Below are positions 25,201 to 36,253 of a stretch of DNA of 64,000 nucleotides, piece by piece. Source of the stretch: Zootoca vivipara (taxonomy: Eukaryota); NCBI RefSeq assembly GCF_963506605.1, contig NC_083277.1:992001-1056000 (forward strand), written 5' to 3'. Under the pieces are notes generated by a model. It did not search any database. It was not told the DNA's origin and saw only the letters and a list, made by a program, of their open reading frames with translations. Numbering within the stretch: position 1 is the first letter of the stretch; each line of letters begins with the position of its first letter. The translations under genes and the position numbers were made by a program.

Positions 25201-28200
25201 GTAAAGATAATTTACATAATTACATAATTATAATTACAAATATATCAAAGTAGTCATAGAAACTACACACATTGAAACTGAACGATTTCCACATAAAAAT
25301 AAAACAGCAAAAACACCCAACAATTCCCCCCCCCAAATACCCCAGTCCTTGCTGAGCAGCAGCCGCCGCAGCAGTTTTTATGAGGTCTGTCGGGCCCCGC
25401 CCTGGGCCAGGTGGAGAGAGGCAGGAAGGTATGGCTTTTAACAGAATGACCAGGGTGGTCTGAACTCCCCTGCTCAGCGCCTGGAGGCCCCAGTCCTGCC
25501 ACTCACCACCTGGCCCAGGGCGGGGCCTGATGGGCTTTATAAAGGACTGTTGCCGCTGCTGCTGCTGGGCAGAGAGGGCTCCATTTTGTTTTGTTTTGTT
25601 TTTGTTTAAATTCCTGTTATTTTTTACCTATGTTATTTTAAACTGTATTAAGGATGTAATCTTAGTTTTAGATTTTGATTTATGTCGAAATTGTTTTCTA
25701 TTCGGTTGTGTATTTTTTGATGAGGTTTATGTATTGTTTGTGACTTTTGTAATTGTGCTATTGCTGTATTGTTTTGGTATTCGACTGGAAGCCGCCCAGA
25801 GTGGTTGGGGAGACTCAGCCAGATGGGCGGGGTACAAATAAAAAAATATTATTATTATTATATAACCAGGTCTACTTAAATGCAGACTGCAGAGTTATTA
25901 GGGAAGTTGAGGTAACTTCTGTCAGCTTATTGGGTTTGTTTTTGCTTCTGCCCGTTTTTGAAAGAGAAGACCAATGTTAGAATTGGAGTGGATTTCATGA
26001 TTGTGGCAAACAAAATCCGTCCTAGAAAAGAGCCAGGCTTTTTGAACCTCTGGTTCCCACAAATATGTCTGTGAATGCTGATCAACAAAGGCCGTGACCA
26101 GCATGTTTTCCATTCTTTCTATTTCACAAAAGTTCATTGTTGTTGTTTAGTCGTGTCCGACTCTGTGTGTCCCCCTGGACCAGAGCACGCCAGGCACTCC
26201 TGTCTTCCACTGCCTCCCGCAGCTGTAGAAAGACCTGACGTCTTCCGTTCTTCCTCTTTCACAAACGTTCATTAGCATTGTTCAATAACTGGGGGCTCCG
26301 TTTCTTCCTGAGGATCTAATTAGTTTCTCTCTTCATTGTAGGTGGTGATGGATTGGAATTGAAGAATGAAGGAGACCACAAGAGAATCAACACAGTGGAG
26401 AAGCCATATCAATATTGGGATTGTGGAGAGAGCTCCGGTCAGAGCTGCCATTCCCATCAAAGAACTCACAGTGGGAAGAAAGGCTATCATTGCCCAGAAT
26501 GTGGGAAGAGCTTCAGTCACAGTGCCACTCTCACTTCTCATCAAAGAATTCATACAGGAGAGAAACCCTATCAGTGCTTGGAGTGTGGAAAGAGCTTCAG
26601 TCAGAGGACCAACTTAAAGACCCATCAAAGAATTCATACAGGAGAAAAACCTTATCAGTGCTTGGAATGTGGAAAGAGCTTTAATGCAAGTGCAAATTTT
26701 CATCGACATCAAAATATTCATCTTGGGGAGAAACCATTTAAATGCCAGGAGTGTGGAAAGGGCTTCAGTCGGAGCGCCCATCTCATGGGCCATCAAATTA
26801 TTCATACAGGGAAGAAACCATATCAGTGTCTGGAATGTGGAAAGAGTTTCAGTCACAGCGCCACTCTCTCTTCCCATCAAAGAATTCATACAGGAGAGAA
26901 ACCCTATAAGTGCTTAGAATGTGGAAAGAGCTTTAATACAAGCACAAACTTTCATCGACATAAAAGTATTCATCGTGGGGAGAAACCATTTAAATGCCAA
27001 GAGTGTGGAAAGAGCTTCAGTCAAAGTACAAAATTCACGGCCCATCAAAGAACTCACAGTGGGGAGAAACCCTATCAGTGCTTAGAATGTGGGAAGAGTT
27101 TCAGTGTAAGCACCTATCTCACTTCCCATCAAAGAATTCATACAGGGGAGAAACCCTATCAGTGCTTAGAATGTGGAAAGAGCTTCAGTCATAGGGCCCA
27201 TCTCACAGTCCACCAAATAATTCATACAGGGGAGAAACCCTATCAGTGTTTAGAATGTGGAAAGTGCTTTAGTCAGAGGGCCCATCTCACAGCCCACCAA
27301 ATAATTCACACAGGGGAGAAGCCCTATCAATGCTTGGAATGTGGAAAGAACTTCAGTCGGAAGGAGAGTCTCACTTCCCATCAAAGAATTCATACAGGGG
27401 AGAAACCACATCAGTGCTTGGAATGCGGAAAGAAATTCCATCAGAAGGAAACTCTCAATTCCCATAAAAAAATTCATACAAAGGATAAACCTTATCATTG
27501 CTTTGAATGTGGAAAGAGCTTCAAGTTCAAGAGGAGTCTCACATCCCATCAGAGAATTCATACGGGGGAGAAACCCTATCAGTGCTTGGAATGTGGAAAG
27601 AGCTTCAGTCAGAGGACAATTCTCACGTCCCATCAGAGAATTCATACAGGGGAGAAACCGTATCAGTGCTGGGAATGTGGACAGAGCTTCAGCCAGAAGG
27701 TAAGTCTCACTTCTCATCAAGTAATTCACAGTGGAGAGAAACCATTTCGATGCCCAGAGTGTGGAAAGAGCTTTACACAAAGGACAGGTCTCATGCTCCA
27801 TCAAAGAATTCATACAGGGCAAAAACCATTTCAATGCTTGGAATGTGGAAAGGGGTTCTGTCGGAACTCCCATCTCACTTCCCATCAAATAATTCATACC
27901 GGAGAGAAACCATTTAAATGTGAAGAATGCGGAAAGAGCTTCAGTCATAAGGTCAGTCTCACTTACCATCAGAGAGTTCATACAGGGGAGAAACCATATC
28001 AGTGCTCAGAGTGTGGAAAGAGCTTCAATCAGAGAGCCAGTCTCACTTCCCATCAAAAAATTCATACAGGGGAGAAACCACATCAGTGCTTGGAATGTGG
28101 GAAGAGCTTCAGCCATAGGGCCAATCTCACTTCTCATCAAATAATTCATACAGGGGAGAAACCATATCAGTGCTCAGAGTGTGGAAAGAGCTTCAGTCAG

Positions 28201-28884
28201 GGGGCAAAGCTCACTTCCCATCAGATAATTCATACAGGAGAAAAACCATATGAGTGCTTGGAATGTGGACAGAGATTCAGCCAGAAGGGAAGTCTCACAT
28301 CCCATCAAAAAATTCATACAGGGGAGAAACCATATCAATGCTTGGAATGTGGAAAGAGTTTTAATAAAATCACAAACCTCCGTCAACATCAGAGAATTCA
28401 CAGTGGGGAGAAACCCTATCAGTGCTCAGATTGTGGAAAGCGCTTCAGTCAGAGTTCCCATCTCACTTCCCATCAGATGATTCATACAGGGGAGAAACCC
28501 TATCAGTGCTCGGAATGTGGGAAAAGCTTCATTCAGAGCACCCAACTCACTTCCCATCAAAGAATTCATACAGGGGAGAAACCATATCAGTGCCTGGAAT
28601 GTGGGAAAAGCTTCAGTTGGAAAGAAGGTCTCGCTTCCCATCAAATAATTCACAGTGGGGAGATACCATTTCAATGCCAAGAGTGTGGAAAGAGCTTCAC
28701 AAGGCGGGCAGGTCTCATTCTGCATCAAAGAATTCATACAGGGCAGAAACCCTATCAGTGCTTGGAATGTGGAAAGAGCTTCAGTCGGAAGGATAGTCTC
28801 AATTTACATGAAAAAATTCACACGGGGAGGAACCATTTTAATGCTATAAATGTGGAAACAGCTTCACCTTCAACCGGAATCTAG
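22275..28884 (+). CDS. SCAN-KRAB-C2H2 zinc finger protein (ZKSCAN-like), paralogue 2, about 1083 aa, 28 intact fingers
   Basis: Coding exons 22275-22691 (SCAN), 22850-22931, 23594-23676, 24830-24956 (KRAB-A, 127 nt) and 26342-28884 (C2H2 array); GT-AG introns; same phases as paralogue 1; open frame. Confidence 0.9.
23030..23403 (+). mobile_element. Sauria SINE, full length
   Basis: GGGACGCAGGTAGCACTGTGGTCTAAACC head through TTTACCTTTACCT tail. Confidence 0.85.
26136..26224 (-). mobile_element. BovB 3' fragment in ZNF2 last intron
   Basis: TTGTTGTTGTTTAGTCGTGTCCGAC...CTGCCTCCCGCAG; same site as the BovB at 10359 in paralogue 1. Confidence 0.75.
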
Positions 28885-29380
28885 CTTCCCACCAAACAGT
28901 TCATACAGGGCGAAAGCATATCAGGGTTTTAAATGTGGGAAAGGCTTTAATAAAGCCCCATACGTCCATCAACATCACAATGGGTCATGTGGGGAGAAAC
29001 TATTCCGTGCCAATAATGTGGAAAGAGTTTAATTCGGAAGAAAAATCTCACACCCAATAAAAAAACTCATAGAATCATAGAGTTGGAAGAGACCACAAGG
29101 GCCATCCAGTCCAATCCCCTGCTAAGCAGGAAACACCACCAAAGCATTCTTGACATATGCCTGTCAAGCCTCTGCTTAAAGACCTCCAAAGAAGGAGACT
29201 CCACCACACTTCTTGGCAGCAAATTCCACTGTCGAACAGCTCTTACTGTCAGGAAGTTCTTTCTTCCTAATGCCCTCATGGCAGGGTGAAGCTATATTAG
29301 TGCTTGGAATGTGGAAAGAGCTTCAGTAAGGGCACAAGTTTCACATCCCATCGAACGATTTACAGTGAAGAGAAACATAT
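28885..29380 (+). pseudogene. Decayed C2H2 fingers after the ZNF2 stop, interrupted by a CR1 3' end (about 29071-29262)
   Basis: Finger-like KCGKGFNKAPYVHQHH and [17 protein letters not shown] segments; CTCAT duplicated around the CR1. Confidence 0.65.
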
Positions 29381-29426
29381 GGTAGTAATGGATGTGTATT
29401 ATTTTAAGACTTTGATTTGTATAGAG

Positions 29427-29699
29427 CAGGTACGTCCAACAGGTGGGTCCTGACCTACCAGTAGATCACTGGACGTCTGTGGTAGAGCACTGGTAGATCA
29501 CTGGCTCCTCCCAAAGATTGACAACTTTGGCTCCCCTAATAAAAGCTCGATTTTTTGCCCTGCAACCCCAAAAATGGAGCTTTCCCCCTCCCTAAAAAAG
29601 CTCAACAACTTTGACCTGAACCCCAAAAAAGGGGGTAGGCCACTGCCAGTTTTTAACTCTGTAAGTAGATCACAGTCTCTTGGGAGTTGGCCACCCCTG
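29427..29699. mobile_element. hAT-type MITE
   Basis: CAGG...CCTG ends with 8-bp TSD GTATAGAG; absent at the paralogous site downstream of ZNF1. Confidence 0.75.
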
Positions 29700-30746
29700 G
29701 TATAGAGGCAACGATTGGAAGAATGTTCTTCTCATTCAGCAATCCGGCACCAGATCTTGACTAGGGGCACATTTTTGTAAGTCTCACGTATATTCCTCAA
29801 GCAGGTGACCCTGTTCTGCTTCCTCCCCAGTGATAACAGAAACTAAGCCCAGCACAACAAATGAGGTACTCTTGAAACCACTATGGGTGGCAGACTCTCC
29901 AGCCAAGGCCTTGCGACCCATTTCACAGGAGGCCTTGTGTCCCACATATTGTTGGTTCTAACCTTGTGAAGTTTTGCTCTTCTCCAGATTTGAAAACCAC
30001 TTTCTCCAAGTAAACATGATAGCAATCTTGCTGCTGTAATTATTTATTGAAGTCATCTTCCATAATCATTTTCTAATAGTGTGTCCAGAAAGTGTTCTGC
30101 CTTCAACTGAACATTTGTTGTGTTTGTTTTTATAAAAAATTGCTTTTATTTTTTATCTGTGTCATTTAAATTGTGATTTTATGATTTATGTGGAAATTGT
30201 TTTCCATTTGGTTGTATACTTTTTGATATGTTTTATTTATTGTTTGTGACTTCTGTAATGTTGGCAATTATCTAAATCTTGTCATGTTGTAAGCCACCTT
30301 GAGCATTGTTTTAACTATGGAAAGGCGGCATACAAATAAGAAATGATGATGATGATTAATATTAACTTTAAAAACCTGCTGTATCAATGTATGTATTCGA
30401 ATCCAATATATATATATATTTAGCCTTTTGACATGCCCACCCAGCATGATAAAAATGTCCCTTTGTGTTCTTGGCATTTCAAGAAAACATTTGAAACGTA
30501 TTTATACATTTTCAATACTGTAGTTTGTCAGGAGTTAAATTCCAACAATACACTGTTTTATAAAAAAAAAATCTCTTTGAGATCATAACAAGATGTAAAT
30601 TTTAACCCCTTAGTCCACATAGGTTCCCTCTGTTCTTTTTGTAGAAGATCTGGATTTCTAGAGAGGGCAGGAAGTGAGGGTGTGTGTAGGGCATGGTCCT
30701 CCAGAAATCCCCTCCCTCCGCCCCAAGTTCATTGAGACCTGGTTAG

Positions 30747-31276
30747 TCATAGAATCCTAGAGTTGGAAGAGACCACAGGGGCCATCCAGTCCAACCCTCT
30801 GCCAAGCAGGAAACACCATCAAAGCATTCTTGGCATATGCCTGTCAAGCCTCTGCTTAAAGACCTCCAAAGAAGGAGACTCCACCACACTCCTTGGCAGC
30901 AAATTCCACTGCCAAACAGCTCTTACTGTCAGGAAGTTCTTCCTAATGTTTAGGTGGAATCTTCTTTCTTGTAGTTTGAATCCATTGCTCCGTGTCCGCT
31001 TCTCTGGAGCAGCAGAAAACAACCTTTCACCCTCCTCTATATGGCATCCTTTCATATATTTGAACATGGCGATCATATCACCCCTTAACCTTCTCTTCTC
31101 CGGGCTAAACATACCCAGCTCCCTAAGCCGTTCCTCATAAGGCATCGTTTCCAGGCCTTTGACCATTTTGGTTGCCCTCTTCTGGACACGTTCCAGCTTA
31201 TCAGTATCCTTCTTGAACTGTGGTGCCCAGAACTGGACACAGTACTCCAGGTGAGGTCTGACCAGAGCAGAATACA
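30747..31276 (-). mobile_element. CR1 3' fragment
   Basis: ORF 30819-31166(-) [21 protein letters not shown]... Confidence 0.9.
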
Positions 31277-31689
31277 GGAGGTATGGGCCGCCCTGGGTGT
31301 CATCCCTTGGGGGGGTGTGATATTGTCACCCTGCCATGCTTGCTGCACCACCCCCATGGGCAACACGTGCCCCCCCTCCTGGGTACACCAGCTCCACCTC
31401 TGTGCACTGGGCAGAAAGTGGGTTCCAGGGCTGCAAGGGAAGGATGCATTGGGGGGGGGCTGTTCAGCTAATGCATGCTGGGAGGAGACCCCCAAGCCAG
31501 GGAGTCCTGCCCCCCATTCCTCTCTGCCAAGCCAGGGAGGGGGAGAGTTTCCAGGAGGTCTGCAGCTCTGCCCTTCCTTTGCATCTTCCAGGCGCTGCTT
31601 CATCTTGGGGGAGGGGGGGAGGGGCATGCCTTTCTATAGGAGCAGAGAGAAGCTTCAAAAGCGAGAGATATGAACAGAGATCAGGGCCA

Positions 31690-31930
31690 ATGAGAAGAAA
31701 TCCGCTAGAGAGGCCAGGAAGTGGGGGCGGGAGTCCCAGGTCCTCCAGAGCAGAAGCCCCTCCCCCTTTGTCCTCTGCCAAGGCTGCCTCGGTGCCCCCT
31801 CCTAGGATCCAGTGAGTCTCCTCTCTCTTCCCCCTTGGGGTGCCTGGGGGAGAAGTGGGGGTCCCAGGGCTGCAGGGGGAGGGTGCCCAAGGGGGAGGAA
31901 TACCCCCAAGGAAGGGAGCTTCCTCCCCCT
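31690..31930 (+). promoter_or_regulatory. Orphan third copy of the ZNF promoter/exon-1 block
   Basis: CTAGAGAGGCCAGGAAGTGGGGGCGGG ... CCA|GTGAGT (GT at 31812) ... GGGGGTCCCAGGGCTGC, homologous to the 5780 and 18345 blocks; no SCAN exon follows. Confidence 0.5.
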
Positions 31931-32531
31931 TCTTCTCTGTTATAAACAAGGACCATAGGAAAAAACAAGGTTCAAATAAATTGACCAATTTGTAGATCAC
32001 AAAAATAACAGAATAAATTTGCTCATTATGAGTGGTCACTGCATGAGTTATTGGCTCAAGAACTGGTAAAAAACACAAAAAGAGGAAACAGGATAGAACA
32101 GTTAGCAGATTTACAGTCCACATTGCATAGTCAGGAGCCCTTGCGATTGAGGTTAGATTAAGTGTGAGTAAGAGTCATTTTATTCTCTTCTGTTGCCATA
32201 GAAACAATATATAGGGTTGGTTTATGAATGAACTTGCAGGATGGGACTCAAAGCAAGGAGAATAATTTGTGTTTAAATTTTAATCTAGATGAACCAGTTT
32301 GAGGCAAGTGCTGATGGGATGTGTCCATGTTTGTATGTTTCTTTTTTAATCACAGTGTTGTAATGTGTGTGTCCTTCGTTATGCAAAGGGGGGGGGCCTC
32401 TGAAAATTCAAATAGGATCCTTTGCGTTTCTTGAGGTCGATGTGTGCCTTGAGATTTTCTGTTGTTGTTCTAGTTAACTACCACTACATTTATTACCCAG
32501 GGTGGGTTACAACCATTTAAAGTTCCATATT

Positions 32532-32752
32532 AAGGTAAAGGTAAAGGGACCCCTGACCATTAGGTCCATTTGCGGACGACTCGGGTTGCGGGGCTCATCT
32601 CGCATTATTGGCCAAGGGAGCCAGCGTACAGCTTCTGGGTCATGTGGCCAGCATGACAAAGCCGCTTCTGGCGAACCAGAGCAGCGCATGGAAACGCCGT
32701 TTACCTTCCCGCTGGAGCGGCACCTATTTATCTACTTGCACTTTGACGTGCT
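32532..32752 (-). mobile_element. Sauria SINE, partial
   Basis: AAGGTAAAGGTAAAGGGACCCCTGACCATTAGGTCC... Confidence 0.8.
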
Positions 32753-32759
32753 TTTGTTT

Positions 32760-33060
32760 TGTTACTCCAAAAAATGGAAAATGAGTGCGGTCCCAACTAA
32801 AGAAGAACGGCAATGTAAGCTGATGGACTATGTTGAGCTTGCAGATTTAACATACTGTATAGAATAAGAGAACAAGAAAAACATACGTTTAGAGAAGATT
32901 GGAAAATGTTTATTGAATATATGGGGGGAAATTGTGTACACTTGCAGGGATTTATGGTATGCAAAAATGAACCATGGAAAGAGAAGAAGGGAAGTCATTT
33001 ATATTTTAAGGTTGTTTAAAGGAATATTCTAAAATGTAAAAAAGAAAATTTAATTAAAAA
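32760..33060 (+). mobile_element. L1-clade LINE 3' end fragment
   Basis: KWKMSAVPTKEERQCKLMDYVELADLT-like C-terminus and A-rich tail. Confidence 0.5.
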
Positions 33061-33417
33061 ATATACCCCCAAAAAAGTGAGTCAGATTTTATGAGGCTCC
33101 CTATATCAGGGGTTTAAGAACTAACATTCAGTCCTGACAGTCTGACTGGATTCATCGTTGCTTTAAGGGTCAAGCTCAGGCTTCTCGGGGAGATTCAGAG
33201 CCCAGAGTCTCCAATAGAGACATGCAAATAAAGCGAGGTCAAGCTAGGATAACTGCCAATCTGCCAAATGAAAGAGCAATGGAAACCTCAAGGGGCACCC
33301 AGGAAAAGCAGCAATGAAAAGCAACCAATGAAAAGCTCCCATCCACTGAGCGAGGGCAGAGGGCAACTTGCAGGAAGGAATTCTCCACATCCTGGGATCC
33401 CGAGGGAGCAGCAAAGT

Positions 33418-36205
33418 CTAACTGATGAGTCCTGCAGGCAGAGAGAAAAGAGAGAGACAAGGGAGGTGAATCCCTGGCAGGATTTGGGGGACGCTCAAAT
33501 AGAGTGACCAGCAGGCATTCCAAACGACAGTTCCCATTGTGACCTCTAACCATTGGCCATGCTGGCTGGGGTGGGTGGGAGTTGGAGGTTATGGGTCTGG
33601 CAGGCGAGGCTTGGCTGGCTTAGAAGAGGGGTGGGGAATCCCAGGACTTTGGGCCAAAGGGGCCCCCCAGGACTCTCTCTTTGGTACCTAGGAAAACTCC
33701 TGTCCCTGCTTTGAACCCTCCTCAAGTGTTTCCACCTCCCTGGGATGCTCTTGCTTACTTGGATGAAGAATGGAGAGAAGAAGAGTTTGGATTTGCTATC
33801 CCACTTTAAGGAGTCTCAAAGCGGCTAACATTCTCCTTTCCCTTCCTCCCCCACAACAAACACTCTGTGAGGTGGGTGGGGCTGAGAGACTTCAAAGAAA
33901 TGTGACTAGCCCAGGGTCACCCAGCAGCTGCATGTGGAAGAGCGGAGACGCAAACCCGGTTCCCCAGATTACGAGTCTACCGCTCTTAACCACTACACCA
34001 CACTGGTTAGAAAGTAGTCTATTGTGGAAAGGGGATATTTGTGTGCATTGCTCCACCCACTTTTGCCTGGGGACACGCCCAAAAGTTGCACGTCCCACCC
34101 CCATTGGTGGCCCAGGAGAGAATGCAGCCCTTTGGGGTTGAAAAGGTTCCCCACCCTTGGAAAGTGGGCAGGGGAAAAAAGCTCTGGTCTCCGCACTTGG
34201 CCCCTGAAAGTGAGCTTTCCATGACGGACTCCCAGGTGGGGAATTCTCCTGCAGACCCACTTCCAGGAGAGCGTGTACATATTTGGGGGGGGGTACAATC
34301 AGAACCATCCTCCACCCCCGGTTGTATGAAAAGCAAGCAAGGGGGACAACCTAAGCAGCTGGGAGAAGGGGTGGGGGAAGGAAGAGGCAGGAGGAGGAGG
34401 AAGAGGAAGAGGAGGAGGAAGGAAAGTTACCTGCAGGCTGAGGAACAGCTCTCCCTGGGAGGGGAAAAAACAACAGACAGAGCAATACTTGGTCAGCATC
34501 AAATATAACCCCAAATAGACCCCCTGAGAACACCCCCCCAGCCCCCAATATCAAGATAATGCACTCAAGGCACAACTAAGAACTGTTTTCCCCCTCCCCC
34601 TGCAAAACAGAATATGAGGGGTTAAAGACGATTCATTATATGGAAATGAATATTTCTTTCCCAACACAGAAAGGACACCAGGGGATGTTTTGCAATCTGC
34701 TCTTCTCCCCCCATCCCCCAATGCCCCCCACAAACCGCACAACGCTCCTTAGGCTGCATCCTATGGGGGTGCTCAGCCTTGCCCAGTTATTAATTAATTC
34801 ACACAAAGTAATTCATGCAAATGAGGAAGAGGTCCAAGTGAGGCGATGGGATCCTGGCTGCGGGTGGCTCAAAGGCCCTTTGCTCTGTGTGGAGAGAGAG
34901 CCTTGCTCTTAGGAGCACTTCAGGGAAGACAGGAGGAGCTTAGAATAGCAGTCCTGAAAGACCAAAGCCATCTAAATTCAGAAGTATTCAGTTTCTTTAC
35001 AGTGTAAAAAGATGGAAAGAGCCTCAGGTAAGACCCACTATAGATCTAGCAAGTGATTCGGGCTAAATTTGAGACACCAAGAGGGACTTCCTAGGAGTGG
35101 AGAAGACACAGAACCCTCTGAAGACCCTCTGCCTAAGAAGAGGAGGGGAGCCTGGGGCCCAATCCAGCCCCCCCACCCCACCCTCCCTCTCCCCCTGGCA
35201 CCCCACCCTCACCTTTCTTGTTCTTCAGGTAAAGGGCGAGTCCAGTGGCCCCAAAGACCAGCCCCAGCACAATCCCCACAATCCCCGTCCACATCTTGCT
35301 CCTGGCAGAGTCCGACTGTGGCTCTGAAGGAAGAAAAAGACGTGAGTGAGGAAAGGCAGGCCTGGGGGGGGAGCAACCTTGACCCATCTAGTCCCCCAGG
35401 AATGTCCCCCTGGGTCAGGGCTGGGAAGGCGTCCTACCCCATTGCACCGTGACGGGGCCTTCGAAGCTGGCGTGCTCCACCTGGCAGGTGTAGACGTCTC
35501 CACGTTCCGGCGTTGTCTCCAGCATCACCTCAATCTGGAAGGTCCAGTCCCCGTTCCGGATGAGTTCCGTGGTCCACACTTTGGGCTCTTCCTTCCCGTT
35601 CCTGAACCACTTGATCTCGATCTCCGCAGGAAAGAAGCGGTTCACTTTGCAAATCAGCATAGTGTTGTGGGGTGAAGATTCCTCGTTGTTTGTGGGGGTG
35701 ATCTTCACCTTGGGCTGGACTGTGGGAGGGAGGCAAGGGAGATTGGGAAGGAAGGTCAGAGATTTAGGCAGGGAGGGACCTGGAGGCTTCAAGTGAGGGG
35801 GGAGAGGGGAACGAGGGATCCTCTCCCACCATCCCACTAGACACTCCAGGGCCGTAGTTGGGGAGGGGGGGCTACCCAGAGTCTCAGCCACTCAGAGGGG
35901 CTCAGCTTCCTCCAACTGTAGCCCCTCCTGGTGGCTCCAGAATTTAAAAGCACTGTAAAGGTAAAGGGACCCCTGACCATTAGGTCCAGTATCTGCAAAA
36001 ACGATCCTCCTTCCCCTTTTCCCCTGTCTGTTCTTGGAACTGTGTGCGAAAGAGGAACCCTGGAGAAGGTTGCAAAGCTGAAAGGGAAAAGTTTTCTTTC
36101 TTCTTCTTCTTTTGCTTCCCTCATCTTCCGAGAGATCAATTACAAGTGGCGAAGAGATCAGAACACCCCCTCCTGCCCTTCTGGAGTCTTGCTTGCTTTT
36201 GTGTT

Positions 36206-36253
<48 letters not shown>

